Positions 54,154 to 63,077 of a stretch of DNA of 64,000 nucleotides are shown here, piece after piece. The first letter of the stretch is position 1, and every line of letters starts with the position of its first letter. The stretch comes from Pseudomonadota bacterium. Lineage in GTDB: Bacteria > Campylobacterota > Campylobacteria > Campylobacterales > Sulfurimonadaceae. The notes under the pieces were generated by a model, which did not search any database, was not told where the DNA came from, and saw nothing but the letters and a program-made list of their open reading frames with translations. The position numbers and the translations under genes are program-made. Location: the NCBI GenBank assembly GCA_043797085.1, contig JAZDQA010000012.1, positions 126,883 through 190,882 on the forward strand, read 5' to 3'.

Positions 54154-55077
54154 AAGTGCTATTTTTATTGAATCCATTAAATTGTTAATTACTGACTCAC
54201 GGGAACCCTCTACTATTCGAGCACCTGCACGGATTTTATGTCCGCCTCCGCCATAAGAGTGTAACAGTTCGGCAGCATTAATAGTTCCATCACTGCGCAA
54301 AGAAACTTTGACACCGCCACTCTTTAGTTCTACCACTAAAAGTGCGATTTGAACCGTTTTAAGACTCAATGCTTCATCGACAACTGCTTTACAATCCCGC
54401 AAGATGGCACCTGAACTTGCAAAAAGTGCTTGATCCACTTCAAACACCGCCACGCGACCATCGTGAAGTATTCTCATCCGCTTCAACATCTCCCCTTTTA
54501 GTCTAAAGGAGGACAAAGAATGACTGTGAAACAGTGCATCCACACACAAAGCATGGTTAGCACCCGCTTGTATTAACGAATGTGCCATGTTAAATACTGC
54601 ACCAGTACAGCTTGAATCACTAAAACAGTGGGTATCATCAAGCAACCCTGCATAAAGCGCATTTGCCATTTTACCATTGATTTTGACTGTATTGGTAACG
54701 AACCACTCATAAAGTACTTGTGTCGTACTCAAGGCTTTGGTATCAACACAATTATATGTTCCATAATTTTCATTACTAATATGGTGATCAAAATTTATCA
54801 ACTCACCTTCATACTCAATACCAAGCCTGCCATAACTGCCACAGTCAAAGCTAATCGCCAAATCAGCATCAGAAGGAAATTTCGACGTTATTTCACCAAA
54901 CCACGGAAGAAAAGAGAGATTTTTATCCACAGATGGGGTAACACAAAAAAGTGTCACTTTCGTTTTGGATCGTAAGAGATAGGAATAAAATGCACAAGCA
55001 GACCCAAGCGAATCTGCATCGGGATGCTCATGGGCTACGAGGACGATGTGATGAGCAGAATCGATAAGCGCTTGCAA
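54118..55077 (-). CDS. DHH/DHHA1 phosphoesterase (NrnA-like)
   Basis: HEHPDAD, FDHH, SLRS, GGGGH; TATAAT at 55108-55113. Confidence 0.92.
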   Translation of the reverse strand: MQALIDSAHHIVLVAHEHPDADSLGSACAFYSYLLRSKTKVTLFCVTPSVDKNLSFLPWFGEITSKFPSDADLAISFDCGSYGRLGIEYEGELINFDHHISNENYGTYNCVDTKALSTTQVLYEWFVTNTVKINGKMANALYAGLLDDTHCFSDSSCTGAVFNMAHSLIQAGANHALCVDALFHSHSLSSFRLKGEMLKRMRILHDGRVAVFEVDQALFASSGAILRDCKAVVDEALSLKTVQIALLVVELKSGGVKVSLRSDGTINAAELLHSYGGGGHKIRAGARIVEGSRESVINNLMDSIKIALEPTAEVNIALA

Positions 55078-55118
55078 TGGAATCCTCTTCGCAAAAAAAT
55101 ATTTGCGATTATACCTAA

Positions 55119-56036
55119 TTACTCTGTTGCGGCTTTTAACACTTCTTCAAAATCTTTTTGCGCCTGAAGCAACACTTGTTTTCCCTCAGGATCACTTAAT
55201 TTCGCGCTGCTCATCCAGTTGTACACGGCAGGGAATCCCATAACAATTTCATTGACACCTTTTTTCTTGTAGACCATAAGGGTACATGGTGCAAATGCTG
55301 CGGCTTCCGGACGCGTTTTAGCTACCGTATAAATCACTTTTAATTTGCAAATCGAGTACGTATCGTAAAAATCAAAAGGGCTTACTTGTCCTTTATCACT
55401 CAGCATAAACTGATAATCGGTAAAGTTTGACATAACAAATCCGGCAGGTTTTAGCCCGTCTTCAATTATCATTTCAACCTCTTCCTTATCTTTTTTCCAG
55501 CTTTCGTTATCTGAGGGACGGACAAATCGACTTAGCAATGCTCCCTCTTTTGGAAGAGACGTTTCACTAAAGGTGTGTTTGGCCTTTGGGAGTGCCTTTT
55601 TGAATGTCGCCAATACCGCTTTTTCAATCAAGGCAAATTGAGCTGCTTTAAACCCCGCAATCTTCTCCTGTGCTTTTGAAGTCAAAACCGATACATGAAG
55701 TTCACTTTCACCTTTGCGCTGATAGATACCGACACCCATCGGGACAAATATCCCTGCATCGGGATGGGATTTAACCAATGATGCTGCATGTTTAATGTGA
55801 AATACGGTCAGCAAGTTAAATGCCGTAAAATCACTTTGCTCAAATTGTTTCATAAATGGACCGTTCATCTCAGAATTGGCAGAGATATAAAATCCATTGG
55901 CTTCGAGCGCTTTTTCGATCATCGTTGCATTGACTTTACCATCCGCATTGGGGACACTGAACAGATGTAAATCTCCTGCAGCATGTAATGTGACCATTCC
56001 CAACATCATCCATACGAAGAACACTATTTTTTTCAT
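55119..56036 (-). CDS. Exported tandem DUF302-like protein
   Basis: Signal peptide; two similar halves (GIFVPMGVGIY / AAFAPCTLMVY). Confidence 0.7.
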   Translation of the reverse strand: MKKIVFFVWMMLGMVTLHAAGDLHLFSVPNADGKVNATMIEKALEANGFYISANSEMNGPFMKQFEQSDFTAFNLLTVFHIKHAASLVKSHPDAGIFVPMGVGIYQRKGESELHVSVLTSKAQEKIAGFKAAQFALIEKAVLATFKKALPKAKHTFSETSLPKEGALLSRFVRPSDNESWKKDKEEVEMIIEDGLKPAGFVMSNFTDYQFMLSDKGQVSPFDFYDTYSICKLKVIYTVAKTRPEAAAFAPCTLMVYKKKGVNEIVMGFPAVYNWMSSAKLSDPEGKQVLLQAQKDFEEVLKAATE

Positions 56037-56055
56037 CTTGACTCCTTTTGTTTTT

Positions 56056-56490
56056 TTAAGGTTTGATGTAAATCCAGCCGGATTTTACACGTTCTAACAT
56101 CTCCACAATCCCTGCTGTGACGATTTCACTTCCCTCTATGAGCTGTGAGGGTTTGATCTTTTTTGTCTCCATCGTATTTCCGCATGCGACAAATTTTACA
56201 TCATACTGCATCAATGCGTTTACCCGAACAGCAATCTTTTTTTCACTTTTCAACAAGGCTCGTATCCCATGATAATAGGCAACGATTTCCATTTCTACTT
56301 TCTCAGGACCATAATATTTGAGGACATTGTTTGCAGAACTTAAGACGTGGTTGATCGATTCATCATCCCCCTCTGTAATACAAAAAACGACCTGACGCGG
56401 ATTGTCGATCGAGGGTACGGGTTGAGCGAACTGCGTTTCAGCGTGAGCAGCAAAATAAAATAAAGCTGCTATAAAAAGTTTTTTAATCAT
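56056..56490 (-). CDS. Exported DsrE-family protein
   Basis: Signal peptide; IVAY..G, FVACGNTM, GWIYIKP. Confidence 0.85.
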   Translation of the reverse strand: MIKKLFIAALFYFAAHAETQFAQPVPSIDNPRQVVFCITEGDDESINHVLSSANNVLKYYGPEKVEMEIVAYYHGIRALLKSEKKIAVRVNALMQYDVKFVACGNTMETKKIKPSQLIEGSEIVTAGIVEMLERVKSGWIYIKP

Positions 56491-57389
56491 TCCCACTCCA
56501 ACATACGATAAGATGCTTCAACATTCCCTCGGTGAAGGGTTTCATACATTTTCAGCGATTTGTATTGAGGCATTGTCACTTTTTTGACCGTCTCCTCGAT
56601 ACCTATCCCATCAGCAATCGCCGCACGAACTTGGGATCGCATATCTGTGAGATAATTATAGGTCATATCTGCCGCTTTTTTATCGGTACGATACCCATGC
56701 CCGCCAATAATCGTCGTTGCATTCAATTTTTTTAGCTCATCGAGTGCATCAATCCAACCGTTAATATCTCCACCTGCCAGAGAGGGAACGCGGTCATTAA
56801 ACACTAAATCTGCCGCAAAAAGGGTTTTAGATTTGGGTAAAAATATCACCATGTCTTTATCGCTGTGGGCTTTTTTCTTCATAAGACGTAATTGCAGTTC
56901 TTGATCTCCGATTTTCAGAGTTTTATCCGAGTTTATCATTTCACTAGGACGGGTCGGAACGGTCAGCGCGTACGCTTCTGGGGAGATATGGGTTTGGATT
57001 CGGGAAGGAGAATCAATGCTGGCATTATGAACAAAGTCATCCGAACCCAAAACCTTAACTCCTATTTGAGCGAAAAAGCCATTACCCAGCCAATGATCAT
57101 CATGGACATGGGTGTTTATCACAAGCTCTACGGGTAAAGCTTTTATTTTTTGCATCACTTTGTATGCCGAGTGGGCATACGCGTACGAAGAACCGCTGTC
57201 GATAACGACATAGCTCTTTTTGGTATCGATATAGCACGTGTTGACCATGTTGCCGTTATTCGTCGTATTCATCACAGCAGGTTCACCGAAAAAACAGGTT
57301 ACCTCAGGGGTAACGCGCTTGGGTGTGAGTGCGAAATCGTACGCACTCAATGTTGTGAGTGAGAGTAGTAATGGCAACATCCAACGCAT
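56487..57389 (-). CDS. Exported metallo-beta-lactamase-fold hydrolase (SoxH-like)
   Basis: VIDSG, NTHVHDDH, DLVF, GGHG; signal peptide; sox context. Confidence 0.85.
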   Translation of the reverse strand: MRWMLPLLLSLTTLSAYDFALTPKRVTPEVTCFFGEPAVMNTTNNGNMVNTCYIDTKKSYVVIDSGSSYAYAHSAYKVMQKIKALPVELVINTHVHDDHWLGNGFFAQIGVKVLGSDDFVHNASIDSPSRIQTHISPEAYALTVPTRPSEMINSDKTLKIGDQELQLRLMKKKAHSDKDMVIFLPKSKTLFAADLVFNDRVPSLAGGDINGWIDALDELKKLNATTIIGGHGYRTDKKAADMTYNYLTDMRSQVRAAIADGIGIEETVKKVTMPQYKSLKMYETLHRGNVEASYRMLEWE

Positions 57390-57399
57390 GTTTTATCCT

Positions 57400-58905
57400 T
57401 TAGAAGAGATAGTTAATTTCGAAACGGTATTCGTTGTAGGAGTTATTATCTACAGTCGATTGTACTGTTGCACTGGTATATGCGGGATCTGCATTAACGG
57501 TTGCAAAACGGAGTTTAAATTCAGTGTTAGGAACTGCTTTAAATGTTTTCCATGCATCGACATGGAAAATATTACGGTCAGTGAAACCTGAAGTAAATGC
57601 TTTAGCATCATCAAAGTTCATATTTTCATAATCAGCCGCTACTTTGAATCCTGATACCATACCCGCTTTTCCAAAATCATAAACCGCTTTTACAGCCCAG
57701 TTTTTGGTATTAGCGATCCAGTCAACTTGTGCCATTGAACGAGTATATCCACCCGTAGGGAATCCGCGCCATGGTGCGATGATATCCGCATCATCGGAAA
57801 CTTTTGAGTAACCGGTTGAAAGCTCTAGCGGTCCGCTAGCTGCTACTAAACGTGCCATTATGATGCTACCGTCTACATTTCTTACATCTTTATAGCCAGT
57901 GATTCCAGATGTTGTTGCATTTTGTAGCTTATTACTAAGTGCTGCACCCCCAATATATCCGGCACCATCATCCATTTGAGATAAATAACGTACACCCGGT
58001 GTCAATGTCCATGCATCGCTCAATTTGATTTTATAGTTAGCTTCGGCAATCGCAGTATTTACAAAACCGTCAACTCCTACATACTCTGCATTCAATTTCA
58101 AATTCGGTATAGAGGTATTTTGAGCTGTAATCAATACCATTTCAGGATCAATATCACCGTTGCCTCTAGTGCGGATATTAGCCGTCGAAAGCCCTTTATG
58201 AACACCAGAATCGTCATTGCCTTCAACTTTTGAGACTGAATCGAATGCGATAATACTGTGAAACGATTGGTGGTCACGAAGCTTTTGAGACATAATATAA
58301 CCGGCACGTAAAGTCGTATTAGCTATGTCTTTGTTTTCAACCACGGCTGCTTCAAAAGTATTCGGAATCATTTTAGTATCATTCGATGCCAACATGATAC
58401 TGTCGATCATTTGACGCCCCACTTTTACATCCGTTTTACCGTTTTTATATTCCAAGTAGGCTTCGGCAAAGTTACCCATGCCACCTTCAGTACCATCACG
58501 GCGGGTGTGATACGTGTCTTTACCCGCTTTACCAAAGTTGGTTACACTACCTGGAATTGTATTATCGTCTAAAACTTGAGTTGTTCCATAAAAGCCAATC
58601 GTTGCACCAAAACCATGATAAAAACCGGTTTTTGCTACTAAGCTGCCACCCAAGCCCCACATGTCATTATCTTGAACAGCAGCATTTTCGTTATTCCAAT
58701 CCCACAAAAAAGCATTCGAACGTAGGCGTCCGTACACTTCACCCTCACTAAACATCTCAGCGAATGAATTTACATCGCCCGGTGCTTTTGTGTACTCTAC
58801 TTGATAATTTCCCTTAATAATACGATCTTCACTTTTAAGCGCATGCGCCGAGGTTGCGAACAAACATGCTGCTGCTGCTGCGATGCTAAGATTTACTAAT
58901 TTCAT
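57400..58905 (-). CDS. OprD-family outer-membrane porin
   Basis: Signal peptide, EAYLEY..KVGRQ, MIPNTFEA, beta-signal EYRFEINYLF. Confidence 0.85.
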   Translation of the reverse strand: MKLVNLSIAAAAACLFATSAHALKSEDRIIKGNYQVEYTKAPGDVNSFAEMFSEGEVYGRLRSNAFLWDWNNENAAVQDNDMWGLGGSLVAKTGFYHGFGATIGFYGTTQVLDDNTIPGSVTNFGKAGKDTYHTRRDGTEGGMGNFAEAYLEYKNGKTDVKVGRQMIDSIMLASNDTKMIPNTFEAAVVENKDIANTTLRAGYIMSQKLRDHQSFHSIIAFDSVSKVEGNDDSGVHKGLSTANIRTRGNGDIDPEMVLITAQNTSIPNLKLNAEYVGVDGFVNTAIAEANYKIKLSDAWTLTPGVRYLSQMDDGAGYIGGAALSNKLQNATTSGITGYKDVRNVDGSIIMARLVAASGPLELSTGYSKVSDDADIIAPWRGFPTGGYTRSMAQVDWIANTKNWAVKAVYDFGKAGMVSGFKVAADYENMNFDDAKAFTSGFTDRNIFHVDAWKTFKAVPNTEFKLRFATVNADPAYTSATVQSTVDNNSYNEYRFEINYLF

Positions 58906-58936
58906 TCTAACTCCTTAAGATAAATTAAAAACTGTT

Positions 58937-60697
58937 TTAGCAGCTTTTTGAGCCCTTGCGAGGGCAACCGCAATCGTAATCTAAGATATTGACATTGCTG
59001 TTACCGCTGATGTCTACATTTTTTTGTTTACGTATGTAGTTGGCAGCGATATCATAAACCGGACGGGTCAATTGATCATTCAGGTTGGTTCCTGCATTTT
59101 GCAAGTTTCCGCCCCATGATGACACTTTATAGACCTTACGGTCATCCAAAGGTTTCCCTTTTACCATGATATTCGTAATACGTTTCCCGCTTGGAGCACC
59201 GATTTTGATATCATAGGTCACACCACCAAGACGGCTCATATCGCCACCTTGCTGGTAGAGAGGATTTGCATTAAAGACATTATCAGCAATGTCTTCAAGA
59301 ACATTTCGTATCTGTAATCCGCCCATTTCAAACGTATAAACATTCGGATAGGTAATCGCCGTCATCCCATAGACATCATCCATAGTGATGGCTTCTCCGC
59401 CAAGAACCGTGGTTCCCCAACGGTAACCTGGCGTAAACGAAATATCCGAATCCATCGCATCCATAATCGAGTCGTTGATCAACTCATCAAACGGGGAATG
59501 GAAGGTATCGCGTTTGTACAAGATGTTTTTTGTCACACCGAGTATTTCACTGAACTCTTTTTCATGCGGTGCATAAAGAGAATTGACAAGCTCTACCCCT
59601 TCTGGATCAGCAGGGATAAGATTGGCAGCTACTGGGATGAGTTTGTACTCATATCCTTTTACTTTATGGTTCTTGATATCAATATCCAAGCGCCCGACGT
59701 ATTTGCCATGGCTTCCTGCGATAATGATGACCGTACCGTTGATGACGGTCGGTTGCGGTGACGGATCATGCGTGTGACCGCTTAGGATAAAATCGATCCC
59801 CTTGACCTGACGCGCAACTTCTTGGTCAACGCTGAAACCGTCGTGCGATAAAAGAACCACACAATCGACTTTTTCTTCTTTACGCAATTTATCCACGTAC
59901 GTTTGAAGCGTATCAAGACGCAATCCAAAACTCCACCCTTGGGTAAACTCTTTTGGATTTGCCGTGGAGGTAAACGGAAACGATTGACCGATAATCCCGA
60001 TCTTCGCACCGCCTCGTTCCATAATCGTATACGGTTCAAAAATCAATTCCTCATAATCATCGGCAAACGAATCATCGCCGACAATATTTTGAGAAATAAA
60101 TTTCCCTTTGAGCATTTCGATCAGCTCTTTTACCCGTTGCTTGCCGTAGGTAAATTCCCAGTGACCGACCATAACGTCAACGCCCAAATAGTTTTGAGCT
60201 TGGACGATCGCTTCACCCTTGGTTTTTAGTGCAACACCGGTACCCTGCCATGTGTCTCCTGAATCCAGAAGCAATACATTGTCCGCACCGCGCTCTTTTT
60301 TGACGTGGTTGATGAGGGTTTTCATGTGAGCGATTCCCCCCATTTTTCCGAACTTGTGTGCCAATGCATCAAAGTTCATAAACGTGTCGAAATACGCATC
60401 AAGAGTCTTGCCCTTCATTCCGTAGTGTTTCAAAAACGACTCACCGCACAAAAACCCTGGAGTTCCTGTAAGGTTTGGAGCCGAAATCAAGGTCGAAGGC
60501 TCACGCCAGTAGAGAGGCTTGATGTGAGCGTGCATGTCACAGATATGTAACAGCGTCACATTACCTCTGGCATTAAATCCGTAAATGTCTTGCAAGCCTA
60601 CTTGATCGAGGCGTTTTGGTGCAGCAGTTGCAAGGGTTGGTAATCCAATCCCTAAAGCAGCCGCAATGTGAAAAAAGTCTCTTCGTGATACATCCAT
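58937..60697 (-). CDS. soxB: Thiosulfohydrolase SoxB
   Basis: Tat signal SRRDFF; DMHAH..PLYWREP, GDTWQG, GHWEFT, GHTHD, QQGGDM. Confidence 0.96.
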   Translation of the reverse strand: MDVSRRDFFHIAAALGIGLPTLATAAPKRLDQVGLQDIYGFNARGNVTLLHICDMHAHIKPLYWREPSTLISAPNLTGTPGFLCGESFLKHYGMKGKTLDAYFDTFMNFDALAHKFGKMGGIAHMKTLINHVKKERGADNVLLLDSGDTWQGTGVALKTKGEAIVQAQNYLGVDVMVGHWEFTYGKQRVKELIEMLKGKFISQNIVGDDSFADDYEELIFEPYTIMERGGAKIGIIGQSFPFTSTANPKEFTQGWSFGLRLDTLQTYVDKLRKEEKVDCVVLLSHDGFSVDQEVARQVKGIDFILSGHTHDPSPQPTVINGTVIIIAGSHGKYVGRLDIDIKNHKVKGYEYKLIPVAANLIPADPEGVELVNSLYAPHEKEFSEILGVTKNILYKRDTFHSPFDELINDSIMDAMDSDISFTPGYRWGTTVLGGEAITMDDVYGMTAITYPNVYTFEMGGLQIRNVLEDIADNVFNANPLYQQGGDMSRLGGVTYDIKIGAPSGKRITNIMVKGKPLDDRKVYKVSSWGGNLQNAGTNLNDQLTRPVYDIAANYIRKQKNVDISGNSNVNILDYDCGCPRKGSKSC

Positions 60698-60707
60698 CTG
60701 ATTTTCC

Positions 60708-61514
60708 TTAGCGCTTCAATCCAGGGATTTGAATCGCGTTTCCTTTGGTTTTATTGGTTACATAGACTTCAAGTGCAACCATCTCTTTAGAGCCCAACGG
60801 CAGTTCAGCCAATAGAGCATTTTTCATACATTGCTGCATACGCTTGTCCAATGTCACCATCGCACTTTGCGTCATACGATATGCCGGCCATGTTCCCGCA
60901 GCTGCAGTCTCTTTCGCTCCCAAATCAGGAAGAGGCTGCATACGAAGACGCATACCTACTACATCTTCGCTGTGACAACTGTTGCACGAAAGTCCGCGTC
61001 CGCCGCGACGCTCTTCGAATACTGATTGACCCAATGCGTACATCTCTTGCATTTGCTTGTTTGCTTTGACGTCAATGTTCGTTTTAAGATCATTTGCGAG
61101 TGATTTCACATACGCTGTCATATTAATCATCTCTTTGTCTTTAAGCTTAAAAACCTTTTTATCACGATCCGCCAATGCCATTTGCAAGGATTGAGATAAC
61201 GTCACGACTTTGCGCATCGTCTTTGGAAACGTAAAATCATATTTAGGTGTGGCTGTCAGCATACGAGGAAACCCGGCAATAGTTTCTGGCAGATCTTTTA
61301 CGCTAACCCCAAGTACCTTTGCATAGGCTTCTTGACCGATTAGAGAGTTGAACATCTCTTCACCCTCTGCCACATCCATAGCAGCCGGATTATTTTCAAC
61401 CATTTCAGCGTACATTGCCTTATCAGCATCACTCATACTCAGTTTTTCATCCGCACTTAACATGCCACAAAGAGCCACGGAAAGTAATGCAGCACAAATA
61501 GAAAGATTACGCAT
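60708..61514 (-). CDS. soxA: SoxA cytochrome (mono-haem type)
   Basis: Single CNSCH, WPAYR, RMQQC active-site cysteine. Confidence 0.93.
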   Translation of the reverse strand: MRNLSICAALLSVALCGMLSADEKLSMSDADKAMYAEMVENNPAAMDVAEGEEMFNSLIGQEAYAKVLGVSVKDLPETIAGFPRMLTATPKYDFTFPKTMRKVVTLSQSLQMALADRDKKVFKLKDKEMINMTAYVKSLANDLKTNIDVKANKQMQEMYALGQSVFEERRGGRGLSCNSCHSEDVVGMRLRMQPLPDLGAKETAAAGTWPAYRMTQSAMVTLDKRMQQCMKNALLAELPLGSKEMVALEVYVTNKTKGNAIQIPGLKR

Positions 61515-61517
61515 GAC

Positions 61518-61853
61518 TTATCCTTTTGGAGTAATGGCTACAGTACTCTCTACACTTTGACCTTTGTTGTCTTTTGCTAGAACTTTTAACGCTCCGGCAG
61601 AAGGGACTTTAAAACTGATGCTTAAAACAGGATTTACCGAAAGGGATTCCCACGTTACCATCTTAGTCACCAATTTATCGTTGAATGAAAAACTAACTTC
61701 ATTGATGTAATGTGCCGGAATAATTGCTCCGGTATCTTTGTCTTTACGCATTCCCGATTCCATAGGGTGCATTGCCATAAAGTCGATTTTGACGACATCG
61801 CCTGCTTTGTAATCTTTTGGTTTGATCTTGATCAATGTTTTCATCTCTGCCAT
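61518..61853 (-). CDS. soxZ: Sulfur carrier complex subunit SoxZ
   Basis: HPMESGMRKD, IPAHYI, SVNP, DNKG; start MAEMK after GAAGG. Confidence 0.95.
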   Translation of the reverse strand: MAEMKTLIKIKPKDYKAGDVVKIDFMAMHPMESGMRKDKDTGAIIPAHYINEVSFSFNDKLVTKMVTWESLSVNPVLSISFKVPSAGALKVLAKDNKGQSVESTVAITPKG

Positions 61854-61883
61854 AATAAATCCTTCTTTTATTTTCATTAATAA

Positions 61884-61977
61884 TCTGCCTCGACAGAGGC
61901 AAGCTTTAGTGCCTTAGCGGCTAGCGTAGCCGGCGGGGCTCACGTGCCCTTTAGGGTATAGCTCCGTTGACGTTCAA
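61884..61977 (+). repeat. Dispersed hairpin element, subfamily 1, copy C
   Basis: TCTGCCTC-GACA-GAGGCAAGCTTTAGTGCCTTAGCGGCTAGCGTAG-[long hairpin]-CGTTCAA. Confidence 0.9.
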
Positions 61978-61985
61978 AATAGAAC

Positions 61986-62459
61986 TTAACCACATCCACC
62001 GATAGTTACTTTAACGTTTTGCTTGCCGCTTAGGAATGTTCCGTCGCTCATCTCAGCAATCGCCAAAACATCTTGTGTTCCGCCCAGTTTGATACGCGTT
62101 CCAAAAGAAGCTTCTCCGTTAGCAGGAGTCAAATAGACGTTTGCGCATCGGACATTATTATTTTTTGTCGCCAATACATGGATCGCTTTAACATAATCTT
62201 TATCCGTCATTGGGCTTGCAACGGTTACTTTGATCGGAACAACTGCACCATTTTCCGCAATTTCAGGAGCGGATAAAGACACTTTTGATGATGGAGTTAC
62301 CGCTTTTCCGCCGGTAATAGCCGAAATTGCCGTTTCAACACTCATCTCATTAGGACCTGTAACCTTTTTGGCTTCATCCGCTGCACTTGCGATACTAGGA
62401 AGCAGTGTTGCACATGCTGCTACTGCTCCAAAACTTTTTAAAAATGATCTACGTTCCAT
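61986..62459 (-). CDS. soxY: Sulfur carrier protein SoxY
   Basis: Tat signal ERRSFLK; APEIAENGAVVP; C-terminal VKVTIGGCG. Confidence 0.97.
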   Translation of the reverse strand: MERRSFLKSFGAVAACATLLPSIASAADEAKKVTGPNEMSVETAISAITGGKAVTPSSKVSLSAPEIAENGAVVPIKVTVASPMTDKDYVKAIHVLATKNNNVRCANVYLTPANGEASFGTRIKLGGTQDVLAIAEMSDGTFLSGKQNVKVTIGGCG

Positions 62460-62474
62460 CTTTTCTCCTTGAAT

Positions 62475-62996
62475 TTATTTTTTAGACATGACATACGATG
62501 CCAAATCACATACTTCACGCTCATTAAAGAGTCCATTTGCCAAATTGACCGTCATGTGTGTTTGTGGATTATCCATACGGGGATCAGCAATCTTTTGGTA
62601 CACAAACTGACCGTTTCGTACCCCGCTGTCAACAAAAAGAGATTTATAGTTACTCAAATCCGGTCCGATATTACCGTACCCTTTTGCCCCTTCGATATTG
62701 TGACAAGCGACACAATTACCGTATTGTTTCTCACTTTTCCCATCAGCCATTTTACGGCTAAGCCCTTCAGGCGGATTCTCTTTTGCATCTTTTCCATTAA
62801 GATTATGGAAAATGTATTTTCCCCGTGCAATCGCACCAAGATCTTCCGTAATACACCCTTGCGGCATTGAATACAATTTAGGTGCAGGAAGTGCATCTTT
62901 AAGTAAAATTGCAGTCGCATCTGGCGCTTCAATCACCTGCGATAAATCAGCAGCACCTAAAAAGGTCGCGATTCCAAGTACTATCACTTTTCGCAT
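62475..62996 (-). CDS. soxX: SoxX cytochrome c
   Basis: GNCVACH, GNIGPDL; first gene of the sox operon. Confidence 0.93.
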   Translation of the reverse strand: MRKVIVLGIATFLGAADLSQVIEAPDATAILLKDALPAPKLYSMPQGCITEDLGAIARGKYIFHNLNGKDAKENPPEGLSRKMADGKSEKQYGNCVACHNIEGAKGYGNIGPDLSNYKSLFVDSGVRNGQFVYQKIADPRMDNPQTHMTVNLANGLFNEREVCDLASYVMSKK

Positions 62997-63028
62997 TGGC
63001 TCTCCTAGTTATATTTATTTCAAGGAGT

Positions 63029-63061
63029 ATTGTAAAGGAGAAGTGTAAAATTAACGTAAAA
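63029..63061 (-). promoter_or_regulatory. Putative sox operon promoter (-10 TACAAT) with upstream direct repeats
   Basis: TACAAT at 63034-63029; GTAAAA at 63045 and 63056 (11-bp period). Confidence 0.45.
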
Positions 63062-63077
63062 AAATGAGCAAATTAAT

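Noticed and set aside
55089..55107. TCGCAAA/TTTGCGA inverted repeat downstream of the DHH -10 box
   Set aside because: Short and single-copy; compatible with an ordinary 5' stem-loop or chance.
773..63048. Numerous 60-180 aa antisense or alternate-frame ORFs in the track
   Set aside because: They are shadow ORFs of well-supported genes, without RBS or recognisable motifs.
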